From Chthoniobacteraceae bacterium (GTDB taxonomy: Bacteria > Verrucomicrobiota > Verrucomicrobiia > Chthoniobacterales > Chthoniobacteraceae), in assembly GCA_040081625.1 (NCBI GenBank), contig JBEBGD010000055.1, forward strand, positions 1-35,773: DNA of 35,773 nt. The letters run 5' to 3'. Both the position numbers and the translations under genes were made by a program. Below the pieces are notes generated by a model. It was not told where the DNA came from and did no database searches. It saw only the letters and a program-made list of their open reading frames with translations. The stretch's first letter is position 1; each line of letters starts with the position of its first letter. Shown one piece after another: positions 6,890-15,866 of the stretch.

Positions 6890-9800
6890 ATGCCTTCAAC
6901 TCCCGTCACAAGACTCCCCGCGTCGATCCGATGGAAGGGTCCGGTCCTCGCGCTGGCGTTTAGTGCGCTGGTCGCCGCGGCGCTGTGGCTGCATTGGCGC
7001 ACGTCCCGGGAATTGCGTGAACTGCAGGGACGCGAGCGCCAGACGGCGCGAGCGCTCTCGATCGCGCCGAAGCTCGCGCAGGATCTTGCCGCCATCTATG
7101 CGCCGCGGACCGACGGCTCGCGCGCGCAGCGTTTCGACGAAGCCCGCGCGGAAGCGACCGGGCATCTTGCTGAGTTACAGTCGGTGCTCAGCGATCCGAT
7201 TTCCGGTGCGCGGCTCGCGGCGTTCGAGCAGGCGGTAGAGCGGCTGACGGGGGAAATCGATCGGGATATCGCTGAGACGGCTGCGGGTTCGGTGGAGCGG
7301 GTGCGCGCGACTGAGCGATCGAAATTGATCGAAGAACGCTATCGCGAAGCGCTCAACACGTTTGGGGATATGATGCGTTCGGTCAGCACTTCGCTCGACG
7401 TCATGGTGCTGACGCGCCGGGCCGCGGAGGATCGCGCCGACGGGATCGAGATCATGGTTATCGGAGCCTTCCTCGCGGTGATCGGCGCGGCCACGCTGGT
7501 GCTGTGGCGGCTGACGCAGAGCGCGCGTGGGACGACCGAGTCGCGCGATAAGTTGATTGGCGAACTGCGCGCGTCGGAGGCGATGTATCGGTCGATCTTT
7601 GACAATGCGATCGAGGGGATTTTCCAGACGACGCCTGACGGGCGATTCATCACGGCGAACAAGGCGCTGGCGCGGATGTATGGCTTCAAGTCGCCGAAGG
7701 CGTTGATCGCAGGGCTCACGGATATCGGCACGCAGCTCTACGTCGATCACTCGCAGCGCGCCGCGCTGCTCGAGGCGCTGCGCGAAGAGGACGTGGTCTC
7801 GAACTTCGAGTTCGAGGTCACGCGCGCCGACGGGCGGACGATCTGGCTGCGCGAGAATGTGCGGGCCGTGCGCGATGAGGGTGGCGCGATCCGTTATCTC
7901 GAGGGAACCGTCGAGGATATTTCCGATCGCTGGTGGAGCGAGCAGCGGCGGCGGCTGCAGTTGGCAACCGCGCGCGCGCTGAGCGAATCGGCGACGCTGG
8001 CTGCCGCGCGACCGCGCATCCTCGAGAGCATCTGCGAAGTCGCGCACTGGGATTTGGGCGCGGTGTGGGATGTGGATGAGGCGGACGGCGTCCTGCGATG
8101 CGAGGAGATCTGGCACACGCCGGATGTCGATGTCGCGGCTTTCGAGCGCGCCAACTCGAACACCACGTATCCGATCGGCCACGGGCTCGCCGGCGACGTG
8201 TGGAAGACCGGCGAGCCGCGCTGGATCGCGAGTCTCGCGAAGGAGGCTGGATTTCCCAATGCAGCGATCGCGATCAAGGCGGGCATGGGCTCGGCCTACG
8301 GCCTGCCGATAAAGGTCCGCGGCGTCGTGCGCCATGTGCTCGAGTTTTTCAGCCCGAAGATCGCGCTGCCTGACCCGGAGTTGCTCGAGACACTCAGCGT
8401 CATCAGCGCGCAGTTGGGCCATCTCATCGAGCGCAAGGCGGCCGAGGACGCGCTCCGGCAAAGCGAAATGCGAAAGGCGGCGATCCTGCAATCGGCGCTC
8501 GATTGCATCATCAGTTACGACGCCGAGGGACGGATCACCGAATTCAATCCCGCGGCGGAGCGCGCGTTTCTCCAGGCGCAGGAGCAGGTGCTCGGTAGAT
8601 CGATCGAGTCGATTCTTTTGCCATTGCCCGCGCGGGAGAAGGGGCGGGTGGCGCTCGGATTGGACGGGACTGCGGGTGCATCGGGAGGGCGGCGATTTGA
8701 GTTGATCGTCATGCGCGGCGACGCTTCGGAGTTTCCCGCGGAGGTGGCGCTGAGCAGGGTCGTGATCAGCGGGCGGCCGATGTTCACGGTGTATCTGCGC
8801 GACATCACCGGGCGACGGGAGGCGCAGCGCCTCACGTCCGAACTCGCCGCAGTCGTGGCGAACTCGAACGATGCAATCATCGGCTGCACGCTCGATGGCG
8901 CGGTGCGGAGCTGGAATGCCGGGGCCGAGCGCATCTTCGGTTACGCGGCGGAGGAACTCGTGGATCGGCCGCTGGAGATGATCTTTCCGCCGGAGCGTCT
9001 CGACGAATTTCCGCAGGCGCTCACCGCGGTGCAGCGCGGGGAAAGCCTCGCGAACTACGAGACGGTGCGCCTGCGCAAGGATGGGCGGAAGATCAACGTG
9101 TCGGTCACTGACTCGCCGATCCGTGGGGAAGGGGGCGCGATCACCGGAGTCTCATCGATCGTGCGCGACATCACCGAGCGGCGCCGGCTCGAGGAGGAAC
9201 TGCGCCAGGCGCAGAAGATGGAAGCGGTCGGGCGGCTCGCGGGCGGGATCGCTCACGATTTCAACAATGTGTTGACCGCCATCCTCGGCTACTCCGACCT
9301 GCTCCTCGGCGAGATCGAGCAGCGGCACTGGATGTGGAAGCACCTCAACGAAATCCGCAAGGCTGCCGACTTCGCCGCGTCGCTCACGCAGCAATTGCTC
9401 GCGTTCTCGCGGCGGCAGCCGCTGTTTCCGCGTGTCTTTTGCGTGAACGACTCAGTGCGGCACATGGAGACGATGCTCCAGCGCGTGATCGGCGAGCAGA
9501 TCAAGGTGTGCGCCGATTTGCGCGCGGTAATCGGACGCGTGAAGGCCGATGCCACCCAGTTCGAGCAGGTGCTGCTGAATCTCTGCGTCAACGCCCGCGA
9601 TGCGATGCCCGGGGGCGGACAGCTCACGATCGCGACCAGTGACGTGACCTACTATCTCGATGACTTCTATTCGGTGAATGAGATGCCGGCTGGCGAATAC
9701 GTGAAGCTCACGGTTGCGGACACGGGCTGCGGCATCGTGCCGGAGATCATCAAAAACATCTTTGAGCCGTTCTTCACGACGAAGGAGAAAGGCGAGGGGA

Positions 9801-10345
9801 CGGGTCTGGGACTCGCGACGTGTTACGGCATCGTCAAGCAGAGCGGCGGCTACATCTCCGTGGAGAGCACCGTCGGCGTCGGATCGAGCTTCTCGATCTA
9901 TTTCCCGCGCGTCGAGGAGAGCGGCGAAGTGGCCGCGCGTCGGCTCGAGTTCGGTCTGTTGCCCGGCGGGCGCGAGACGATCCTTTATGTCGAGGACGAG
10001 ATCACCGTGCGCAGTCTGACCTCGCATATTCTGCGGCGGCTCGGCTACACGGTGCTCGAGGCGAGCGATGGGCAGCAGACGCGCGAACTGCTCGAGTCGC
10101 AAAACGGGCGCGGAATCGACCTGCTGTTTGCCGATGTGGTGCTGCCGGATCTCGGCGGGAAGCAGCTCGCGGCGTGGGTCCAGGAGCGATCCAACTGCAC
10201 TCGCGTGCTCTTCTGCTCGGGCTACATCGATGAGAGCGTGCTCGAGCGGCATGGCATCGACCGCGGCTCGCCATTCCTGCAAAAGCCCTTCGGGCCCGCC
10301 GATCTGGCGCGCAAAGTCCGCGAGATCATCGACGCCACCGGCTGA
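6890..10345 (+). CDS. Membrane-bound hybrid sensor histidine kinase (2TM-PAS-GAF-PAS-PAS-HisKA-HATPase-REC)
   Basis: Two TM segments and PAS/PAC motifs ([35 protein letters not shown]). H-box GIAHDFNN, N-box [11 protein letters not shown]-boxes DTGCG and GTGLGL. C-terminal REC (VEDE, FADVVLP, QKPF). Alternative start at 6836. Confidence 0.93.
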   Translation: MPSTPVTRLPASIRWKGPVLALAFSALVAAALWLHWRTSRELRELQGRERQTARALSIAPKLAQDLAAIYAPRTDGSRAQRFDEARAEATGHLAELQSVLSDPISGARLAAFEQAVERLTGEIDRDIAETAAGSVERVRATERSKLIEERYREALNTFGDMMRSVSTSLDVMVLTRRAAEDRADGIEIMVIGAFLAVIGAATLVLWRLTQSARGTTESRDKLIGELRASEAMYRSIFDNAIEGIFQTTPDGRFITANKALARMYGFKSPKALIAGLTDIGTQLYVDHSQRAALLEALREEDVVSNFEFEVTRADGRTIWLRENVRAVRDEGGAIRYLEGTVEDISDRWWSEQRRRLQLATARALSESATLAAARPRILESICEVAHWDLGAVWDVDEADGVLRCEEIWHTPDVDVAAFERANSNTTYPIGHGLAGDVWKTGEPRWIASLAKEAGFPNAAIAIKAGMGSAYGLPIKVRGVVRHVLEFFSPKIALPDPELLETLSVISAQLGHLIERKAAEDALRQSEMRKAAILQSALDCIISYDAEGRITEFNPAAERAFLQAQEQVLGRSIESILLPLPAREKGRVALGLDGTAGASGGRRFELIVMRGDASEFPAEVALSRVVISGRPMFTVYLRDITGRREAQRLTSELAAVVANSNDAIIGCTLDGAVRSWNAGAERIFGYAAEELVDRPLEMIFPPERLDEFPQALTAVQRGESLANYETVRLRKDGRKINVSVTDSPIRGEGGAITGVSSIVRDITERRRLEEELRQAQKMEAVGRLAGGIAHDFNNVLTAILGYSDLLLGEIEQRHWMWKHLNEIRKAADFAASLTQQLLAFSRRQPLFPRVFCVNDSVRHMETMLQRVIGEQIKVCADLRAVIGRVKADATQFEQVLLNLCVNARDAMPGGGQLTIATSDVTYYLDDFYSVNEMPAGEYVKLTVADTGCGIVPEIIKNIFEPFFTTKEKGEGTGLGLATCYGIVKQSGGYISVESTVGVGSSFSIYFPRVEESGEVAARRLEFGLLPGGRETILYVEDEITVRSLTSHILRRLGYTVLEASDGQQTRELLESQNGRGIDLLFADVVLPDLGGKQLAAWVQERSNCTRVLFCSGYIDESVLERHGIDRGSPFLQKPFGPADLARKVREIIDATG

Positions 10346-10428
10346 AGATGAAATACTGTCCAAAGCCCCGCCGGTCTGCTACCTGCGCCCGGCCAGCCAT
10401 TCCAAATCCGTGAACCGCTCCGCTCTCC

Positions 10429-12120
10429 ATGCCTGAACAACCTGTAGGTGTCCTGCTGGTCGAAGACAACGACGAGCACGTCGAGCTCATGACGCAGATG
10501 CTCTCGACGGCGCCGGCGCTCGTCCACTTCGTCGTGCACGCTTGCGGCACTCTCGGCGAATCGCTCGAGTGGTTGCGGCGGGGCGATGTCGATCTGATCC
10601 TGCTCGACCTCACACTGCCCGACAGCACCGGCATCGAGACGTTCATCCGCATCATCGAGGCGGCGCCCGACATTCCGATCGTGGTGATGAGTGGCATCAA
10701 CGATGTGGCGCTCGCGATCGAAACTGTGCAGCTCGGCGCGCAGGACTACCTGGTCAAGGGTCACGTCGATAACCATCTGCTGGTCCGCTCAGTTCAATAC
10801 GCGATCGAGCGCAAGCGCGTGCAGCTCCAGCTCCAGCGATCGATGGAGGACCTCGAGGTGCGAGTGCAGGAACGCACGGCGGCGCTCCAGGCCACCAATG
10901 CGCGGCTGCAAAAAGAGATCGCCGAGCGCAAGCGCGCAGAGGACGAAGCGATCGAGAAAAGCGGCCAGCTCACCGCCGCGCTCGAGCAGCTTCGCGCCAC
11001 GCAGGATCAGGTGGTGCGCCGCGAGCGCATGCACGCGCTCGGGCGGATGGCCAATGGCATCGCGCACGATTTCAACAACACGCTCGCCCCGATCGTGGGC
11101 TTCAGCGAGCTCCTGCTGCTCAAGCCCGAGATGTCCGCGGACTCGGCGCGCCTGCGCAGTTACCTCGAGATGATCTATCACGCCGCGAGGGACGCGGCCA
11201 AGGTCGTCTCGCGGCTGCGCGAGTTTTACCGGCACCGGGATTCGGCCGAAGCGCTCACGCCGATCATCGTCAACGAGCTCGTGCAGCAGGTGGTTTCCTT
11301 CACCCAGCCGCGATGGAAGGACGAGGCGCTCGCCGCCGGCGTGACGATCGAAATGCGGCTGGAGCTGGGCAACGTCCCCACGATCGTCGGCAATGAGTCC
11401 GAGCTCCGCGAGTCGCTGGTGAATCTCATCTTCAACGCTGCCGACGCGATCGAGAAGCGGGGCGGCATCACCATTCGCACCGAGGTGCATGGACGCTGGG
11501 CGGCGATAACCGTCAGCGATACGGGCAGCGGCATGACCGAGGACGTGCGCGCGCGCTGTCTCGAGCCGTTTTTCACGACGAAAGGCGAGCATGGCAGCGG
11601 CCTCGGCCTCGGCAGCGTCTATGGCATCGTGCAGCGGCACGAAGGCGAACTCGACATCCACAGCGAAGCTGGCCGCGGCACATCGGTCACCATGTCGATC
11701 CCGATCGAGCGCGGCAGTGGGATCCGACCGGCGCCGAAAGCGCCGGCTCAGCCGACACGTGCGCTTCGACTGCTCGTGGTCGAGGATGAGCCGCTCGTGC
11801 GCGAGGTGCTCAGCGTCTATCTCACCGAGGACGAGCACGAGGTCACGCTCGCGACCAACGGTCGGGAGGCGCTTGAAATCTATCGGGCTGGCGAGTTCGA
11901 CCTGGTCCTCACCGACCGTGCGATGCCCGAGATGAACGGCGATCATCTCGCCGTGGAGATTCACAAGATCAACCCGCAGCAACGCCTCGTGCTGCTGACC
12001 GGATACGGCGACTTGATGAACGGCGCTGGCGAAAAGCTGCCGGGTGTCGATCTGATCGTCGGAAAGCCATTTACGCTCAACCTGCTCCGCGAGGCGATCG
12101 CCAGGGTCTGCGCGGGCTGA
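10429..12120 (+). CDS. Cytoplasmic hybrid histidine kinase (REC-HisKA-HATPase-REC)
   Basis: N-terminal REC (LLVEDN, LLDLTLPD, YLVK), H-box [28 protein letters not shown], and C-terminal REC (VVEDE, LTDRAMP, GKPF). Confidence 0.93.
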   Translation: MPEQPVGVLLVEDNDEHVELMTQMLSTAPALVHFVVHACGTLGESLEWLRRGDVDLILLDLTLPDSTGIETFIRIIEAAPDIPIVVMSGINDVALAIETVQLGAQDYLVKGHVDNHLLVRSVQYAIERKRVQLQLQRSMEDLEVRVQERTAALQATNARLQKEIAERKRAEDEAIEKSGQLTAALEQLRATQDQVVRRERMHALGRMANGIAHDFNNTLAPIVGFSELLLLKPEMSADSARLRSYLEMIYHAARDAAKVVSRLREFYRHRDSAEALTPIIVNELVQQVVSFTQPRWKDEALAAGVTIEMRLELGNVPTIVGNESELRESLVNLIFNAADAIEKRGGITIRTEVHGRWAAITVSDTGSGMTEDVRARCLEPFFTTKGEHGSGLGLGSVYGIVQRHEGELDIHSEAGRGTSVTMSIPIERGSGIRPAPKAPAQPTRALRLLVVEDEPLVREVLSVYLTEDEHEVTLATNGREALEIYRAGEFDLVLTDRAMPEMNGDHLAVEIHKINPQQRLVLLTGYGDLMNGAGEKLPGVDLIVGKPFTLNLLREAIARVCAG

Positions 12121-12176
12121 GCGCGATTGCGCTCGCCAATCGGCGGGCGGCTGGTTAGCAGCGATGGCACTTCGCG

Positions 12177-14189
12177 ATGCCTGAGCCGTTGCCTGAACCA
12201 TTCTGCGTGTTGCTCATCGAAGCCAGTCCCGGCGATCGGTTCCTGCTTCGCGAAATGATCGAGGGTGACTGGCGCGCGCGCTTTCTCGTGACCCACGTCG
12301 CTGAGTCGCTCGCGCACGGAATCGAACTGGCATGTTCCGGCGCGCCGGACGTGGCGCTGGTCGATCTCGCGCTCTCCGATGGCGCGGGGATCGAAGTCTT
12401 CACGCGCCTGCATCAGGCGGCGCCGCATCTTCCGGTGATCCTGCTCGGCGAGACCGACGACGAGGATCTCGCGCTGGAAGTCGTCCATCGCGGTGCCGCG
12501 GACTACCTCTTGAAGTCCCGGCTCGATCCGCATCTGTTGCACCGCGCGATGCGCTACGCGATCGAGCGGGGGCGCTCCGAGACGGCGCTCGCGCACGAGC
12601 GCGATCTGCTCAGCGCGCTGCTCGAGAACATCCCGGATCGCATCTATTTCAAGGACCGCGAGAGCCGGTTCATCCGCATTAACTTTGCGCTCACGCACCT
12701 GCTCGGCCTCGAGTCACCATCCGATGCCTACGGCAAGACGGACCGCGACTTTTACGATGAGGCGCACGCAGCCGAGGCGCGCGCCGATGAGGAGAGGGTG
12801 ATGAGCACCGGCGAGCCCCTTATCGGCAAAGTCGAGCACGAGATCCTCGGCAGTGGGCGCCAGTCGTGGTCGCTCACCACGAAGCTGGCGCTGCGAAATC
12901 GCCGCGGCGAGATCATCGGCACGTGCGGTATTTCGCGCGAGATCACCGCGATCAAGGAGATGGAGCTGGCGCTTTCGAGCGAGCGCAACCTGCTGCGCAG
13001 CGTGCTCGAAAACCTGCCCGATTCCATCTTTCTCAAGGACCGCAAAGGTCGCTACATGCTCGATAACCCGGCCCACTGGCGCAGCCTCGGCGCAAGCGGT
13101 CCCGAGGATGTGCGAGGTCGCACGGTGTTTGATTTTTTCCCGGACGATCTCGCGGAGAAATTCCACCGGCTCGATATGGAAGTTTTTACGTCCGGTCGCG
13201 CACGGATCAACCATGAGGAACAGACTCTCGACGTCCGCGGGCGGAAGCGTTGGCTCCTCACCACGAAAGTCCCGTGGCACGACGAACTGGGGGCCACGCT
13301 CGGTGTGCTCTGCATCGCGCGCGACATCACCGAGCAGAAGGAGAGTGCCGAAAAGCTGGGCGAGGCCAATGCCGAGCTCCAGCGAAGCCGCGAGGAGACG
13401 CTGCGAACGCTGGGTGAATTGCAGCGGGCGCATTTGCAGCTTCGCGACATGCAGCTCCAGATCGTCGAGGCCGAGAAGATGAAGACCGTCGGACGCCTTG
13501 CCGCCGGCGTCGCGCACGAGGTCAAGAACCCGCTCGCTGTCATCCGGTTGGGCATCGAGTTCCTGCGCTCGTGCCACTTCGACGAGACCGTCGTCCAGGT
13601 GCTTTTCGAGATGGCGGACGCGGTCGATCGCGCGGATGCGGTCATCCTCGGCCTTCTCGATTTCTCCGCGCCGACGCAGCTCACTCTCGCGCCGATCGAT
13701 TTGAACCGGCTCATCCAGAACGCCGTCGCGCTGGTGCGCGGCGAGACGAGCGGTGGCTCCGTCGAGGTCGTCTGCGAACTCGAGCGCAGGCTCCCGCGCG
13801 TCGCGCTCGACAAGGCGAAGATCAATCAGGTGCTCGTGAATCTTTTGACCAACGCCCTGCACGCGATGCCCGAGGGCGGGACGATGACGGTGCGCACCTA
13901 CACCAAGCAGCTCACCGGCGTCGGTGCGAATGTCGCCGATGAGCGCAGCGAGAATTTCCGCGTTGGGCAGACGCTGGTCGTCGTCGAGCTCGATGACACG
14001 GGCAGCGGCATCCCCGAGGACAAGCTGCCGAAAATCTTCGAGCCGTTCTTCACGACAAAACCGACCGGCAAAGGCAGCGGGCTCGGCCTTTCGGTGGCCA
14101 AGACCATCATAGACTTGCACGGCGGCACCGTTGACCTTCGCAACTTGCCGACACGCGGTGTCCGCGTGACCCTGACTTTCAGTGCCTGA
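12177..14189 (+). CDS. Histidine kinase (atypical REC-PAS-PAS-HisKA-HATPase)
   Basis: Two PAS domains (LLENIPDRIYFKD, VLENLPDSIFLKD), H-box GVAHEVKNPL, NLLTNALHAM, DTGSG and GSGLGL. Confidence 0.92.
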   Translation: MPEPLPEPFCVLLIEASPGDRFLLREMIEGDWRARFLVTHVAESLAHGIELACSGAPDVALVDLALSDGAGIEVFTRLHQAAPHLPVILLGETDDEDLALEVVHRGAADYLLKSRLDPHLLHRAMRYAIERGRSETALAHERDLLSALLENIPDRIYFKDRESRFIRINFALTHLLGLESPSDAYGKTDRDFYDEAHAAEARADEERVMSTGEPLIGKVEHEILGSGRQSWSLTTKLALRNRRGEIIGTCGISREITAIKEMELALSSERNLLRSVLENLPDSIFLKDRKGRYMLDNPAHWRSLGASGPEDVRGRTVFDFFPDDLAEKFHRLDMEVFTSGRARINHEEQTLDVRGRKRWLLTTKVPWHDELGATLGVLCIARDITEQKESAEKLGEANAELQRSREETLRTLGELQRAHLQLRDMQLQIVEAEKMKTVGRLAAGVAHEVKNPLAVIRLGIEFLRSCHFDETVVQVLFEMADAVDRADAVILGLLDFSAPTQLTLAPIDLNRLIQNAVALVRGETSGGSVEVVCELERRLPRVALDKAKINQVLVNLLTNALHAMPEGGTMTVRTYTKQLTGVGANVADERSENFRVGQTLVVVELDDTGSGIPEDKLPKIFEPFFTTKPTGKGSGLGLSVAKTIIDLHGGTVDLRNLPTRGVRVTLTFSA

Positions 14190-14202
14190 TCAACTTCCTG
14201 CC

Positions 14203-14574
14203 ATGAGCACCAAACGCATCCTTATCGTCGATGACGAATCCGGCTTCACCCGCCTCGTCAAACTCACGCTCCAAAAATCCGGCGACTACGAAGTGCGCGA
14301 GGAGAACGACGGCACGCGTGCGTGGCTCGTGGCCCGCGAGTTCAAGCCCGACTTCATCTTCCTCGACGTGGTGATGCCGAAAATCGATGGCGGCGATGTG
14401 GCACGTCAGATTCGCGCGGACCCGACGCTCGCGCATGTGCCGATTATCTTCCTCACGGCGATCGTCAGCTCTCGCGAGCAAGGCCACGAGATCGGTGGCT
14501 TCCCGTTCCTCGCGAAGCCGGTGAGCGTCAATGCAATCATCCGCTGCATCGAGGAGCACACGGCGGCCGGCTAG
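14203..14574 (+). CDS. Single-domain response regulator
   Basis: ILIVDDE, FLDVVMP, FLTA and LAKPV; no output domain. Confidence 0.92.
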   Translation: MSTKRILIVDDESGFTRLVKLTLQKSGDYEVREENDGTRAWLVAREFKPDFIFLDVVMPKIDGGDVARQIRADPTLAHVPIIFLTAIVSSREQGHEIGGFPFLAKPVSVNAIIRCIEEHTAAG

Positions 14575-14593
14575 CCCGGCGCCGAATCGCGCG

Positions 14594-15685
14594 TTACGCG
14601 GCGTGCTGCGACTTCGCCTGCTTGCGGAGTTGCTTCCGCCGGCGCCGCACCTGGCGGAAGCTGACGAGCTGGCGCCCCTGCTCATCCCAGAGGTGAAAGT
14701 TGATCGACTTGAGGCTGCTCAAGAGCGTGAGCGGCTTCACTTCCTCGAAGACCGGGTGCGACTTGTGGCAGCGCTCGAGATTGTAGTTTGGGATCCGCGG
14801 ACTGAGGTGGTGGATGTGGTGGAAGCCGATGTTGCCGGAGAACCACTGGAGGATTCTCGGCAGGCGATAGAACGAGCTGCCATGGAGCGCCGCAGCGGTG
14901 TAGTCCCACGCGTCGCCGCGTTCCCAGTAGGCGCCATCGAACTGGTGCTGGACGTAAAACATCCAGACGCCGATCGCGCCGCCGACCATCGTGATCGTGA
15001 GCTGGATGAGCAGATACGCCTTCCAGCCGAACAGCCAGACCAGCGTGAGCACCATCACTGCGATCGCCGCATTCATCCACCAGACCGAGTGCCGCTCGCG
15101 CTTGTTCGCACCGGGTGACGGGAAGCGCTCGCGCACCAGGAAGAGAAAGGCGGGCGCGATGACGAAGAGCACGATCGGATTGCGCGCGAGCTTGTAGGCG
15201 AACCGCCGCCAGCGGGAAGACTCGAGGTATTCCTGCACGGTCATCGTCCACACATCGCCGGTGCCGCGTCGATCGAGGTCGCTCGAGCTGGCGTGATGCA
15301 GCGCGTGTTCCCAGCGCCAGTGATAATACGGCGTGAAGGTCAGCATGCCGGAGATGAAGCCGACGACATCGTTGGCGGTCCGCGACTTGAAAAACGAGCC
15401 ATGCCCGCAGTCATGGAAGATGATGAACACCCGGATAAGCAATCCGCCGGTGAGGACCGCCAGCCCGGCGGTGAGCCACGCGGAAACCGACAGGCTCCAA
15501 TACATCAGCACCCAGAGCAGAATGAAGCCGCCGATGGTATTGACGAGCTGCCACGTCGCCCGCCACACGGACGGCTCTTGAAACTCTGCGACGATCGCCT
15601 TCCACTCGGCGACGCTGACGAGGCCCGGAGGCTTCGGCTTATCTGATTGTTCGGTTGGCTCTGTAGTCGCGCCGGGATCTTGCAT
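14594..15685 (-). CDS. Membrane fatty acid desaturase (Des/DesA family)
   Basis: Three His boxes HDCGH, HALHH and HHIHH, plus YVQHQF and hydrophobic segments. Start set at MQDPG to avoid overlap with rapA. Confidence 0.92.
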   Translation of the reverse strand: MQDPGATTEPTEQSDKPKPPGLVSVAEWKAIVAEFQEPSVWRATWQLVNTIGGFILLWVLMYWSLSVSAWLTAGLAVLTGGLLIRVFIIFHDCGHGSFFKSRTANDVVGFISGMLTFTPYYHWRWEHALHHASSSDLDRRGTGDVWTMTVQEYLESSRWRRFAYKLARNPIVLFVIAPAFLFLVRERFPSPGANKRERHSVWWMNAAIAVMVLTLVWLFGWKAYLLIQLTITMVGGAIGVWMFYVQHQFDGAYWERGDAWDYTAAALHGSSFYRLPRILQWFSGNIGFHHIHHLSPRIPNYNLERCHKSHPVFEEVKPLTLLSSLKSINFHLWDEQGRQLVSFRQVRRRRKQLRKQAKSQHAA

Positions 15686-15822
15686 TAAGGGTGTGTCAGG
15701 AGGGATTCCTTGATCACGGACATGCTTCGCATCAATTCGGAAACTTGCGAGAAAGTTCTCTGGCAAATGCTTGCGAGCGCGCTTGAAGCGCGGGACCGAT
15801 CCCTGTCGCCGCGCGTTGCCAT

Positions 15823-15861
15823 TTGCACGTTGCCGCTTCACGCGTAGCATCCGCGCCCTTT
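15823..15861 (+). promoter_or_regulatory. Sigma70-like promoter of rapA
   Basis: TTGCAC (15823-28), 16 nt, TAGCAT (15845-50), CCGCGCCCTTT, then ATG at 15867. Confidence 0.55.
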
Positions 15862-15866
15862 TGAAA

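Noticed and set aside
15744..15777. CTTGCGAG direct repeat (15744 and 15770) in the desaturase/rapA divergent region as a regulator site
   Set aside because: Only two 8-mers, 26 nt apart. Plausible but not distinguishable from chance without orthologous regions.
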